64,000 bases of DNA, taken from the NCBI RefSeq assembly GCF_009914755.1, contig NC_060937.1. One strand, 5' to 3'. Positions 52,825 through 64,000 of the stretch are shown piece by piece; positions within the stretch are counted from its first letter, which is position 1, and each line of letters starts with the position of its first letter. The translations under genes were made by a program, and so were the position numbers. This stretch comes from the human T2T-CHM13v2.0 reference genome, Homo sapiens. The notes under the pieces are model-generated. The model searched no databases, was not told the origin of the DNA, and saw only the letters and a list, made by a program, of their open reading frames with translations.

Positions 52825-53137
<313 letters not shown>

Positions 53138-53191
53138 TTAGAGACTTCTGCCCCTCATCCTGAATTATTTTTCTTCTCATCACTAGGTAGA

Positions 53192-53228
<37 letters not shown>
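53192..53228. repeat. (CA)n microsatellite
   Basis: acacacatacacacacac... Confidence 0.9.
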
Positions 53229-53230
<2 letters not shown>

Positions 53231-53399
53231 TCTCTCTAATCCCGGATAGAATGTAAGCTCCAGGAGAACAGATATTTCATGTGTTTTGTTCTCTGTTCTA
53301 TGCCTGTATCTTGAATAGTACCTGAGATATCATAGACACAAAAGATATTTTAAGTTAATGCATGAAGTCTGAGATTAAAGCTAACTGAAGAATAAAGAG

Positions 53400-53575
53400 A
53401 AAGAGATAACTGATGTTATTTGAAGCCTGAATCAAGCGATGTCTGAGGCTAGACCACTCTCGTTTTACTTTTCAATTTTTGAGTCAAAACATTTTTTATA
53501 AATTCCTTTATTTATTTTTTCACTTAAATAAGTTTGAATTAGGTTTCTGTTACTTTCTCCGAGAAAACATCTTAA
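53400..53575 (+). mobile_element. Old MLT1 (J/K-type) 3' fragment
   Basis: cctgaatcaagcgatgtctgaggctaga...aaattcctt...gtttgaattaggtttctgttacttt. Confidence 0.5.
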
Positions 53576-53879
53576 AAGCATTCTTTATTATAATTGTTAC
53601 TACAATTACTTCAACTTTTTATTCTATTTATGGAATGACAATTTGCATTCTCTACATTATGAGTATTCCAAACTAGACAATATCAGAATAATTTTTGTTA
53701 TTACCACCTACAAATTGGTATTTGAAGTTGTAAGAAAATTGCCATGTCTATTGAATAATTAAGGCAAAGGAGGATGCATTTGGTAAACATGTGTAAGCTT
53801 TTTTTTAAATTTTTATCTCCAGTGAACAACATAGGGAGGTGAAACAATTATGAGAACACATTTGTATGAGCGTGTATGT

Positions 53880-54470
53880 AGTTTTATTCTCTCAGTACAA
53901 AGACTTGTGTGCTTCACTGAAGAAGGTGGGAGGAAACATATGGAATCACAAAAAGAAGGCTTTTATAAAGTTTCATATTTGAGCACGATAACTCAGTTCT
54001 TCACAGAAAAATGCCATGCACAACTAAATATAATAAAAGTGGTAAGCCATGCAACAAATCTAAATGTAGTAGAAGAAGATCCTCTAAGAAGTGCTATTTA
54101 ATCTGAACCTTTAGAGATAAGTAGATTTTTCAAAAGAAAAAGGATGAGTGCACTGAGCAAGAGTAAAGAAAGGACACAGCAGGCTGTATGCAAGAAAGAG
54201 AGTAGAACTTTGGGGATGATTTAGCAGGTGATGAAAGATAATTTGGAGTCAGATCTTAAAGAACCTTGACAGCCGTGCAGGAGCTGAACTATACTCTTCA
54301 GGCAACGGGGAGCTCGCAGAGAGTTGTGAACAAAGGAAGCCTCGCTCCAATATGGATTATAGAACATAGCATGATTGGAAACATGCAGGAGTGATTGGAG
54401 AAGGATTCTATCGAAGTCTGCTATCATGCAAACATTGAAAAATGTCAATCTGACCTAGAGGTTTAGCACT
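53880..54470 (-). mobile_element. L2 fragment
   Basis: atctgaacctttagagataagtagatttt, gtcagatcttaaagaaccttgacagccgtgcaggagctgaactatactct. Confidence 0.55.
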
Positions 54471-56084
54471 CAAATTGGAAGAAAAGTGGTTTTTTGGTTT
54501 GTTTGTTTCATTTTTCTAATGTACTGACTTTCAGGTATTGGCCGTTTAAAAAATTAGCAATTTCTTATTTTTACCCTGTTTTTACATATGCCCTCTCTTG
54601 TTTACATGCTTTTTAGACTACAAGGCAAGCTTATTTCTTCCATACACGTTGTGAACTTTTATTTATTAATTAACCCAGCAGAGTTGTCATCTCTGGGAAG
54701 GCATTCTCTTTTCATTCTATACTATTAGATATACTTTCGTGCCTCCTAGAAAAGGAAAACATAGAGCAAACAAATATAATTTGAATTTAATTTCCAAAGA
54801 AAGCCAATATTATTCAAACACAGAATCACACTTTAATTCATAAAGGCAACTCAGTTAAAAAAAAATTGTATTGCTAAAACTAAGTGGAAAGTCCAGCACA
54901 AGGTGGCACCCATGAAAATAGCAGTGAAGTAGTTCATTATACAACAGAATCCTAAAGAGAGGCTTTTTCTATCTACAAACAATTACCAGCATTGTCTGAG
55001 TTTTTGTAATTTAGGTTTATTTCTTTTTTACCTACTTTTTGAGCCCACCACCTTGTTTGGTCATTTCTTTCTTCAAGATATACTTTCGTTTGTTTTTTTT
55101 TTTGCATTTCTCCTATTCTTACGGTCAGACCGTGATTAAGCATATATCACTTTATTTCTAAAAAAAATTACTATACTTTTATTTTGCCAGCATCTTTTTT
55201 TTTTTACCAATGAGTTGCATAAATATGATTGATATTCTTGAAGCAATGATTTTGTGTCCCTGCAATGTTCATGTTCATTTCCTCTGTAATAATATCATGC
55301 ATTAATTGAACTGTATTTTATAAATTCTTCAATAATCAGTTCTCCCCATTAACCTGCTTTCCCAGCCATTTTTCCCAATCCCTTTTCTAATACAAGGAGT
55401 CATGTGTATTCACTGCTTATGCATATTTGCCTTTATTCATCCTACTACCTCAGCATGAAACGCCCTGGGTCCTTCTGCTTTCAGTTAGTGGAAAGGTTAA
55501 CTTTCAAAGCAGAATAAACAAGCTGTGGCTTGAAGAAGAAAGAATGTTGCTTCGCTTACACGTACATCTCCTGGGTAGGGCTGCCTGGGAGACTCTGCTC
55601 CATAGGGACATTCAGAGACTCAAGTTTCTTTAGTAATCTAGCTTCATCAGTACCTAGGTTCTTATCTTAATCTGCATAATCAAAGCTGGGGTACAGGCAC
55701 ATCCATGCTGTAACTGTTAGGAAGGGGAACTCAGGGAAGGTCAGACAAGCTATTTTCTGTAAAGCAACAAGGTAGAAGCTGTACACATCACTTCTGTGCA
55801 GAATCATTTGGTGAAGACATTTACGTGGCCGGATAACTATGAACAAAAGGAACCAGAAATTTGTACTCAAGTTACACGGCCACACTGCTTGTTACATACT
55901 ACTACTGCATTATGATGGCAGATAATAATGCCGTAATGATTGTCTCTCTGACATACTCCCGTTTTAACTATTAAATTTCGGTTTATTTGAACATTTTCTA
56001 GAATTATTTCTCCTCACAGTTTTGGGCATTTCTCTGTTGTCTGAGTTTAAAAATCTTGAAAAATTGGTCCATATTTTACTTTTA

Positions 56085-56350
56085 AAAATCAATATTATTG
56101 AGGTATAATTTACACAATAAATGAGCACATTTTAAGGTACAGTTTGATGAGTTTTGATGAATGTAAATACCCATGCAATTTCTTCTACAATCAAATAATA
56201 AAACATACCTATCATCCTAAAATTCCCCAGCTAATCTCACATCTCAATATCAATTAACTCTTACTCTGCATCCTATCACTATATATTAGTGATTCATGCA
56301 GCCATAATGTATATATTTTTTAAAATTTGGCTCATTTTGATCAGAAAAAT
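56085..56350 (-). mobile_element. L1ME-type 3' end
   Basis: tattgaggtataatttacacaataaatgagcacattttaaggtacagtttgatgagttttga. Confidence 0.7.
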
Positions 56351-56697
56351 GATTGTGATCAATTTATAATACACAAAATTTGAGGGGACTATAACATTAA
56401 TGCAATAAACATAGTTACATTAACCATCTACTCTTTACAAACTACTATACTGGATGCAAAATTATGAAATCTGGTAGTTTAACTGCAAGAAAGATTTAAA
56501 TAATAAATAGATTCCTGAGAGAACTTTGCTTTTCCTTTAAATAGTCAAACTCACTTGTTCTGTAAAATGGGATTCTTTATATTAAAAATCTCCATATCGT
56601 GAAGAAAAATCCCAAATAATTTATGTAAATAATTTTCTCTCAAGGAGGTAATCATAATTAATTCACTATGTCAGTCAAGTGATTAATGCTAAGTTGT

Positions 56698-56996
<299 letters not shown>

Positions 56997-57235
56997 GCTA
57001 AGTCATGTTGATAATGGGAACCTTTGAGATAATATGAGAAGAATGGCACTTTACCTCTGTGACCTTCCTTCCCAAACATAACCACACCTTAATCATGAGA
57101 AAAACCCTAACCAAATCTTGCATTAGTCACATTCTTCAAAATACCTGACCAATCCTCCTCAACATACCGAAGTTACCAAAAACAAGACAACCCTGAGTTG
57201 TCACAGCCAAGAAGAGGTTAAGGAAACATGGTGGC

Positions 57236-58172
57236 TGTGATGGTTAATTGTAGAATGTGTTGACTTGACTGAGCCACAGGGTACCCAGACATTTAGTCAA
57301 ACATTATTCTGGGCATGTCTGTGAGAGTGCTTTTGGATGAGTTTAACATTTGTCTTAGTAGACTGAATACCACACATGGCCCTCCCTAATGTATGTGGGC
57401 CTCAACCAAGCAAGTGAAGACCTGAAAGAACAAAATGGCTGAGTAAGAAGGAGTTCCTCTTGCCCGACTGAGCTGTGACATTGTTTTTCCAGTCTTTGCA
57501 CTAGGACAGAAACAGCTCTTTTTGGGTGTTGCTCCTGCAGGCTTTTGGACTGAAACTTACACTATCTGCTCTCCTGGTTCTCAAGCCTTTGGCCTGGGAT
57601 GGAATTTTATCATCAGCTCTCCTGGGTCAACAGCTTGTTGACTGCAGCTCTTAGGTTTCTCAGCCTCCATAATTGTATTATCCAATTCTTTATACTAAGT
57701 CTGATATGATTTGGATCTGTGTCCCCACCCAAATCTCATATCGAATTGTAATCCCCAATATTGGAGGTGGGGCATGGTGGGAGGTGTTTGGATCATGAGA
57801 GTGCATGGTTTGGTCCTTCATGAATGGTTTAGCACCATCTCCTGGTACTGTTCTGGTGACAGTGAGTGAGTTCTCATGAGATCTGGTTGTTTCAAAGTGT
57901 GTGGCATCTCCACTCCCTCTGCTTGTCCTGCTTCTGCAGACACCTGCTCCTGCTTTGCCTTCCACCATGAGGAAAAGTTCCCTGAGGCCTCCCCAGAGGC
58001 AGACGCTGCCATGCTTCCTGTACAGCCTGCAGAACTGTGAGCCAATTAAACCTCTTTTCTTTATAAATTACCCAGTTCAGGTATTTCTTTATAGCAGAGT
58101 GAGAACAAACTAATATAATCTCTTTAGTATGTCCCATTGATTCTGAATCTCTGGAGAATGCTGACTAATGCT
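57236..58172 (+). mobile_element. MLT2B/MLT2D-type solo LTR interrupted by MSTA
   Basis: tgtgatggttaatt...gacttgactgagccacagggtacccagacatttagtcaaacattattctggg; ends ctctggagaatgctgactaat. Confidence 0.85.
57702..58117 (+). mobile_element. MSTA solo LTR
   Basis: tgatatgatttggatctgtgtccccacccaaatctcat...gccaattaaacctcttttctttataaattacccag...gagaacaaactaatata. Confidence 0.92.
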
Positions 58173-59850
58173 ATGACTACACACAAGATAATATCCTGGA
58201 CAGGATTCTGAAACAGTAAAAGAACATTAAGTAAAAGCTAAGAAAATATGGGTAAAGTGTAGACATTAGTTAAACACTGTGTATCAATATTGGTTGATTA
58301 GTGTGGCAAATGCACCATGCTGGTGTAAGATATTAATGATAGGGAAAAGTGGGCACGGGTGTACAGAAACTCTCCATACTAACTTGCAACTTTTCCGTAA
58401 ATCTAAAGTTTTTCTAAAATATAAAGTTAATAAAATAAAATCTCCACAGGTAATTGTAACAATTGACCAGGTTTTAGACTTACTGCCATTGAGAATACAA
58501 AAATGAATTTAAAAGTTTAGTAATGAAAAGCTAACTTAAAATGTGTATAATTGAACACCCTCTTATTCTGATGAGAAAACTGTGACCTCAAGTCATAAAT
58601 TTAGCCACTCTAAGATTATAAGTAGCAAAGGCAGCACTTGAAACTATACTTTTTCATTGGAAATCTGTTGTTCCTCGCTCTAAGCTTGTTTGCATATTTA
58701 ATTAAAATATAAACTCGTTACAAAGAAAACTAGTATTCACAGATCTACTCCTATCTCTATATTAGCTTAATTTAGCATATTATTTCAGAAACATGTAAGA
58801 ATATAAATCTGTACATAAACTCCCAGTTCACAAATAACTTTAAATCTAAAGTAAAATTATGTATTAAATATAAACCTAATGGCAAAGCAGCTAAATTTCC
58901 ACCAACAAAATTAATGTAATTGCATAATTTGCCAAAACTAAATCGCTAATCACAAAATAAATAGGGGGAATTTGTACAATTATGGGTCCTTTGTCACTCA
59001 ATTCTTTCATCTTTCTTTTGTTTTCCATTTAAGCCACACTGAAATTTTCATTGGCATTTTACTATTAGGCCTTCACTTTTGGTCTGTAGCATAACTTTCT
59101 TACTAAAACCTCCTTTATTCCCAAGTTCTCTGTGTAAGAAATTCTGTGCAGCATAACTTAATGCACAGACCATAAATACAAACAAGTGTCAATAAGGACA
59201 GACGTAGAATGGCACAACTTGGTCATCAGTCTGTATTTCAAATTGTTAGTCATATACATTTGTTATTTTTTAATGCAGTCTGAGACATAGTGAAAATGTG
59301 AAGCATAAAATTTGAGTATTCTGGAGAAACCTGAGATCCATGAATGTGTGTCCATATGCCCCAAGACCATGATAATTTTCAGATAGACACCATGGCCCCA
59401 ATAAATTTACCGTCTAATAAAATACATACATACAATGTGAAGATTGCCTAACTTAATTGTGCTGGGTTGTAGGCAGCTTGGAAAGGACGTAGTACTACTG
59501 AACCTGCATATGTCGGCAGGACTTAGGTTACGAAGCACTGGGAAGGCCAGGCTGAGAAGTCTTACCTTTTTAATGAATCAATAGGGATTCACTAAAGACT
59601 TTGAAAAGTGCTTCTGAAAGTTTAAAATAGAAATATTGCAAATCATGTATTTTTGTGGGGCAAAAACTGGATATATAGAAACCAGAGAGAACGATAACTT
59701 AATTTCAGACACAGGAGGATAAAAGTTTAAACTAGGTCAGTGAAATAGCAAAGTAAGTAAAATCAACCCATCTTGGCAACTAATTGCAAATAGGGATGCT
59801 AATGTTAATATTAAGCTTCACGTCAGAATGATGGAAGAATGATTGGATAT

Positions 59851-60463
59851 TGTATTAGATTTCTTCTGTGGTTTTAAAAATCACCATAAAGCTAGAGGCT
59901 TAAAGCAACAAAAATGTATTATCTCACAGTTCTGCAGCTCAGAAGTCTAGGCACTGCATGACAGAGTTCTGTGTCCAGGGTCTCACTGGGCTGAAATCGA
60001 GGTGGCCACTATGACTGTTTTTCTCATATGGGTTCAGTGTCCTTTTCCAAGCTCACTGTTTTTGGCAAAACCCATGGCTGTATGATCAAGGTTCCCATTT
60101 TCCTTCTGTCTTTCAAAGACCTCTTCGAGCTTCTATTCCTTGCTGAGTGGCCCCTAGGGGATGTTCATAACAGGATCTTGGCCCTCTCCCATTCCAGCTG
60201 GAATGCAATCTCTGAGATCCTCTTTTGTGACCAGCTGGAGGAAATTCTCCACTTTTAAAGAGCCCATGTGATTATTTCAGGCCTACCCTGATTATCTCCC
60301 AATTTTAAGGTCAACTGATTTGAGGCCTTAATTACATCTGCAAAATCCCTTCACAGCAGCACCCCAATTAGTGCTTGATTGAATAACTAGAAGAAGGGGT
60401 GTGTCCACCAGGGTTGGGTGTCTTGGAGTTGGGGATGGTAGAATCTTAGAATTCTACTCCACA
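59851..60463 (-). mobile_element. MLT1E-type solo LTR
   Basis: tgtattag...ggcttaaagcaacaaaaatgtattatctcacagttctg...ttaattacatctgcaaaatcccttcacagcagcacc...tcttagaattct. Confidence 0.85.
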
Positions 60464-60657
60464 GTACTATTTGAAAAATAGAAAATTTGGATGGGTGAGC
60501 AGACGTTCCCATATAGTAGCTATAATTTTCAAACAGCACAGCTAGACTCAAATAATTACAGAGCTTGCACAGATAATGTAAATGAATAAGGAGGACTGAG
60601 TGTTAGGAAGTTATAACAAAGGTAGAGCAATAGAGAGAAGACAGAGTTATAGAGAAC

Positions 60658-60902
60658 AGAGGGCTATGAGATTGCCCAGATACAAATTAGAGTTGTCTTG
60701 AGAGAATGAATGCTCAGCTTGCCAGACCTCCGGGCCTTTTAAAAGAAGCCAGAAACCCAGGTTTTTATATATCTCCCGATTTTCAAATGTTGGCAACTAT
60801 TTCAAAAGATTTACAACCTTGGGCAGGCCAAAGTTATGTGAGCCAAACAAAACATATCTCAGGGCAAAATCCGACCTGTAGCCTGCCAGTTTTTGACCTC
60901 TG
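60658..60902 (+). mobile_element. MER102-type hAT-Charlie element
   Basis: agaagccagaaacccaggtttttat...tctcccgattttcaaatgttggcaacta...gccagtttttgacctctg. Confidence 0.75.
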
Positions 60903-61464
60903 CTCTACAATAATAAGATTGATTTTTAAAAATTGCTTATTAAATCACTCTCATTAATGTGTAGTCATACCTCAGACTGCTGTGCACAGTAACTCAGACT
61001 TTTTCCTAACTAACTGAGTGACCTGCAAATCACACTTTCATACTTCTCTAAGTTAATTTTAAATGCCCTGATTATAGGTATTTTGCAAGGTTGTTGCTAT
61101 AGAAAACTGAAATTCTAAATCTTGCTATTTTTAGAAATTCTTCCAAGGTTTCTGGACATTTAATTGGATTGGCATTGCTAGTAATTGTTGATGAAAGTGG
61201 AATCGTAGAAATTTTTATGCAGTTTAAATCATATTTCTGAATAAATAGACTAAGAGGAAAATAAATAATAAACTAAAACTATAGTTGTTCTCTTTCGTTT
61301 CAAAGGATTACTCCATAACAGGGCTTTGGCACACATTTCCTGACACCTGTGTTAGGTATACTGCATACATGTTAACACTGTATATAGTCAAGTACATATC
61401 CACATATGTACACATGTATACTTATACAGATACGCACAGGCTAGAATGTACACTGTCATATTAT

Positions 61465-61700
61465 AGCATGAAGAAGCAGCAGCTTTGTGTCAGATTTGCG
61501 ATTTGCTAAATCCACCACCTTTCTTTCCTGACTTTGAGCAGTGCCATTAAACCCTCTAAGCTTGATTTTACTCGTCTGTCAAATGGGTCTAATAATACTA
61601 CCTGCCTCTATGGATGAAAATAATATCACAAATGTAAAGTGCTTAATACAGGGTCTGTCCCATAGCGACTGTCAATAGTTATTAGATACTATTATTAAGT
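61465..61700 (+). mobile_element. MIR
   Basis: tgactttgagcagtgccattaaaccctctaagcttgattttactcgtctgtcaaatggg...atgtaaagtgcttaatacagg. Confidence 0.7.
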
Positions 61701-62889
61701 ATAAACATGTGTATTCGTGTAGATACATACATGTTAATAGAGAGAGATATATTTATTCTAACAAAGTATCATTTAATACAGTGTTGGAAAAAAACAACTT
61801 GACCTGAATATCTTGTTTACACTATTTTTGCTACTTTTCTGAGTAACATAAACATTACTATGTTAGTTCTTTTGATTAATGACTGGCGCTTCAAAAAGAA
61901 TATCTGAAGGAGAAAAGGTATTTTCAAGGTCATCATGAGTGATATTTATTGGAAAACAAATGGTGAGAGCATCATTCAATTATGTGGAGTACATAATAGG
62001 AAATTGCATGCAGCATATGTGGATGGGATCCCTGCAGACCATGACATCACCAGACAACATTCCAGCTGCAGAGAAAGGTCTCAGTGTATCAGAATCACAA
62101 ATTAAAAACTTCCATTACTGAGTATCACACCCACTGAGTCATTAGAGAAGATGTAAGTCTTAAATGTCAATAACTAGGCATTCAGGATATTTGCTTTTCC
62201 AGTCAGTCAGTAAAGCACCGTATTTGCCCTTGAGAGGGAGCAGATGGCTTGGCACAAAGGTGAAATAAAAGACTATCTAAGATAGATGATCTGAGTCTTT
62301 GACACAATTCTCAAACTCTTTGAGGTCAAAGTTTTGTGGTGGTAAAATGTCAAATTCAGAAGATCTTTTTCTGTTTTGTTTTCCATTACTGCCGTGTGGG
62401 ATTCTTCTCAATGAGTCTGTTCACTTGTATTATTCCAAGATCTCTTTTTCCTTGCTGCTTATATCATTATTTTTCACCCATTTCCATGCCTTTATCACCT
62501 ACTACTTGGATTATTTCAACAACATTAGAATTGATTTTCTTGATTCTACCCTCTCCACTTTCATATACTCTGTTCTTTCTGCTATCAGAATTATCTTTAA
62601 GAAATACAGTGATTATCATGCCTGTCTCTTCTCTCAGACTCTTAATAGCTCTTTCTTGTCAATAATTATGATCTAAAATGAAATGGAAATGTACCCCTCT
62701 TGCCATTTCTATTTGTATTTCAGCCCTATCAGAAGGATGAATTTATCCTGAAGGTTTCCAGCTCTTTGGGTTTGGGCATCCTACGTTAGTAGCTTGGAAT
62801 GCATTTGCAGTCCATGATACACTTGCCTCTAGAAAGCTTGCTGTCCCTAAAGCCTACCTCATGGCAAAGATACCCTTGATAAATAGCCT

Positions 62890-63150
62890 TATGAGTGATA
62901 ATAGCAACCATCATCTATTGCTTTCTAAAATGCTAGGGATCATACACTTGGCTAAGTGCTTCACATGAATTGTCTTTATTTGAGCTTTACAATCCTTCTA
63001 CTGAAGACATTATTTATATTTCTATTTTGTCAATAAGAAAATAAAATTTTGGAAATATTAATGATCTGTCCAATAATTCATGGCTCATCAGTGGCAGAGC
63101 CAGGACTTACATTCATGTGTTTAATATTAAGGCACTTGTTGCTACCATAG
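62890..63150 (-). mobile_element. MIR
   Basis: ggctaagtgcttcacatgaattgtctttattt...agtggcagagccaggactt. Confidence 0.6.
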
Positions 63151-63399
63151 AAATCTATTTATGCATCTATAAACATATTCTGCCTCCCCTGCTTGCCTCT
63201 TATTGAATGTGTACAAGTCTGTCTGTCTTTCAAATTAACTGTCTACCCTAAGAAAAAGAGATGGACCTCTTTGTTCTCCCATGATTGGAAATATTATTCT
63301 TAATATATTTTAGTGAATTAAATGATCCACATCTCTATATAATCCCATAACTAAATTCAATCTGAAACTGTCATATACTGTCCTTTTTTATCCCCATTG

Positions 63400-63550
63400 T
63401 TAGTTATGCAACAGATATTATTGTCCCATTTAACAGATGAAAAAAGTAAGGCTCAGAGACAAAAGATCCTGTCCAAATTCACATAGTAAGTGGTTGAACA
63501 AGGATTTGAGTACAGCTATTAATGCTCTGTCATCTACTCTGAGCTTCCTT
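63400..63550 (-). mobile_element. MIR
   Basis: attattgtcccatttaacagatgaaaaaagtaaggctcagaga...cacatagtaagtgg...ggatttga. Confidence 0.7.
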
Positions 63551-63764
63551 TTATTGCAATATGAAGATTATACACATTGGAAATAATCTAGATATTAGAC
63601 TAAACCTCTGAGCTCTCATTAACATGTTTGGCTACCTAAGATTGGAAGAATAATTGGCTCCTTGAGACTCACAGAATAATACTCACAAAGTAATACCATC
63701 AAGTACACAAGGCTTAAAAATAATAATTTCCTAAATTATTTTTTCATTTGTTTATTTGGTCAGA

Positions 63765-64000
63765 AGGATCGTGCTTTTCTTTCAACCCTGGACAAATATT
63801 GTGCCATTTCCTACTGGTTTCTATGGTTTCCTGTAAGAAGTCTGTTGTCTTTTGAACTGTTTTGTCCTTAAAGGTAAGATGTCATTTCTTTCTTATTGCT
63901 TTCAAGATTTTTTCCTTGCCTTCAGTTTCCGGAAGTTAGATTGTGATGTGTCTTGGCATAGATTTTTCGAGTTTGTCTTATTTGGGGTTCACTCAGGTCT
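63765..64000 (-). mobile_element. Old L1M ORF1-region fragment, runs off the window end
   Basis: ttgctttcaagattttttccttg...ttgtgatgtgtcttggcatagattt...tttggggttcactcag. Confidence 0.7.

Noticed and set aside
62299-62676. 125 aa and 109 aa hydrophobic ORFs
   Set aside because: Non-ATG starts in T-rich, probably L2-derived sequence; the hydrophobicity is compositional.

Overview
AT-rich, repeat-dense primate genomic DNA, most likely human (AluY/S/J, L1PA4/L1PA8, LTR12C, THE1, MSTA). It looks intergenic or deep-intronic. I find no credible protein-coding gene, RNA gene or CRISPR array; the listed ORFs are short and mostly fall in repeats. The window is a patchwork of LINEs (L1, L2, L3), SINEs (Alu, MIR), solo LTRs (MaLR, ERVL, ERV9) and hAT/mariner fossils, several of them nested and with readable target-site duplications (TSDs). 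The most unusual structure is at ~20.2-29.2 kb. An old L1MC-type element has taken up an intact solo LTR12C promoter and a ~920 bp GC/CpG-rich foreign segment. That segment is bracketed by a poly(T) tract and a 5'-truncated antisense L1PA4, which fits an L1 3' transduction with no TSD and an apparent multi-kb target-site deletion. It carries AP-1, NF-kB, TEAD and CTCF-like motifs plus a + strand splice acceptor and an AATAAA. A few exon-like units in unique sequence suggest a possible non-coding transcript. Subfamily calls come from recalled consensus motifs, not a database search, and boundaries of old repeats are approximate.
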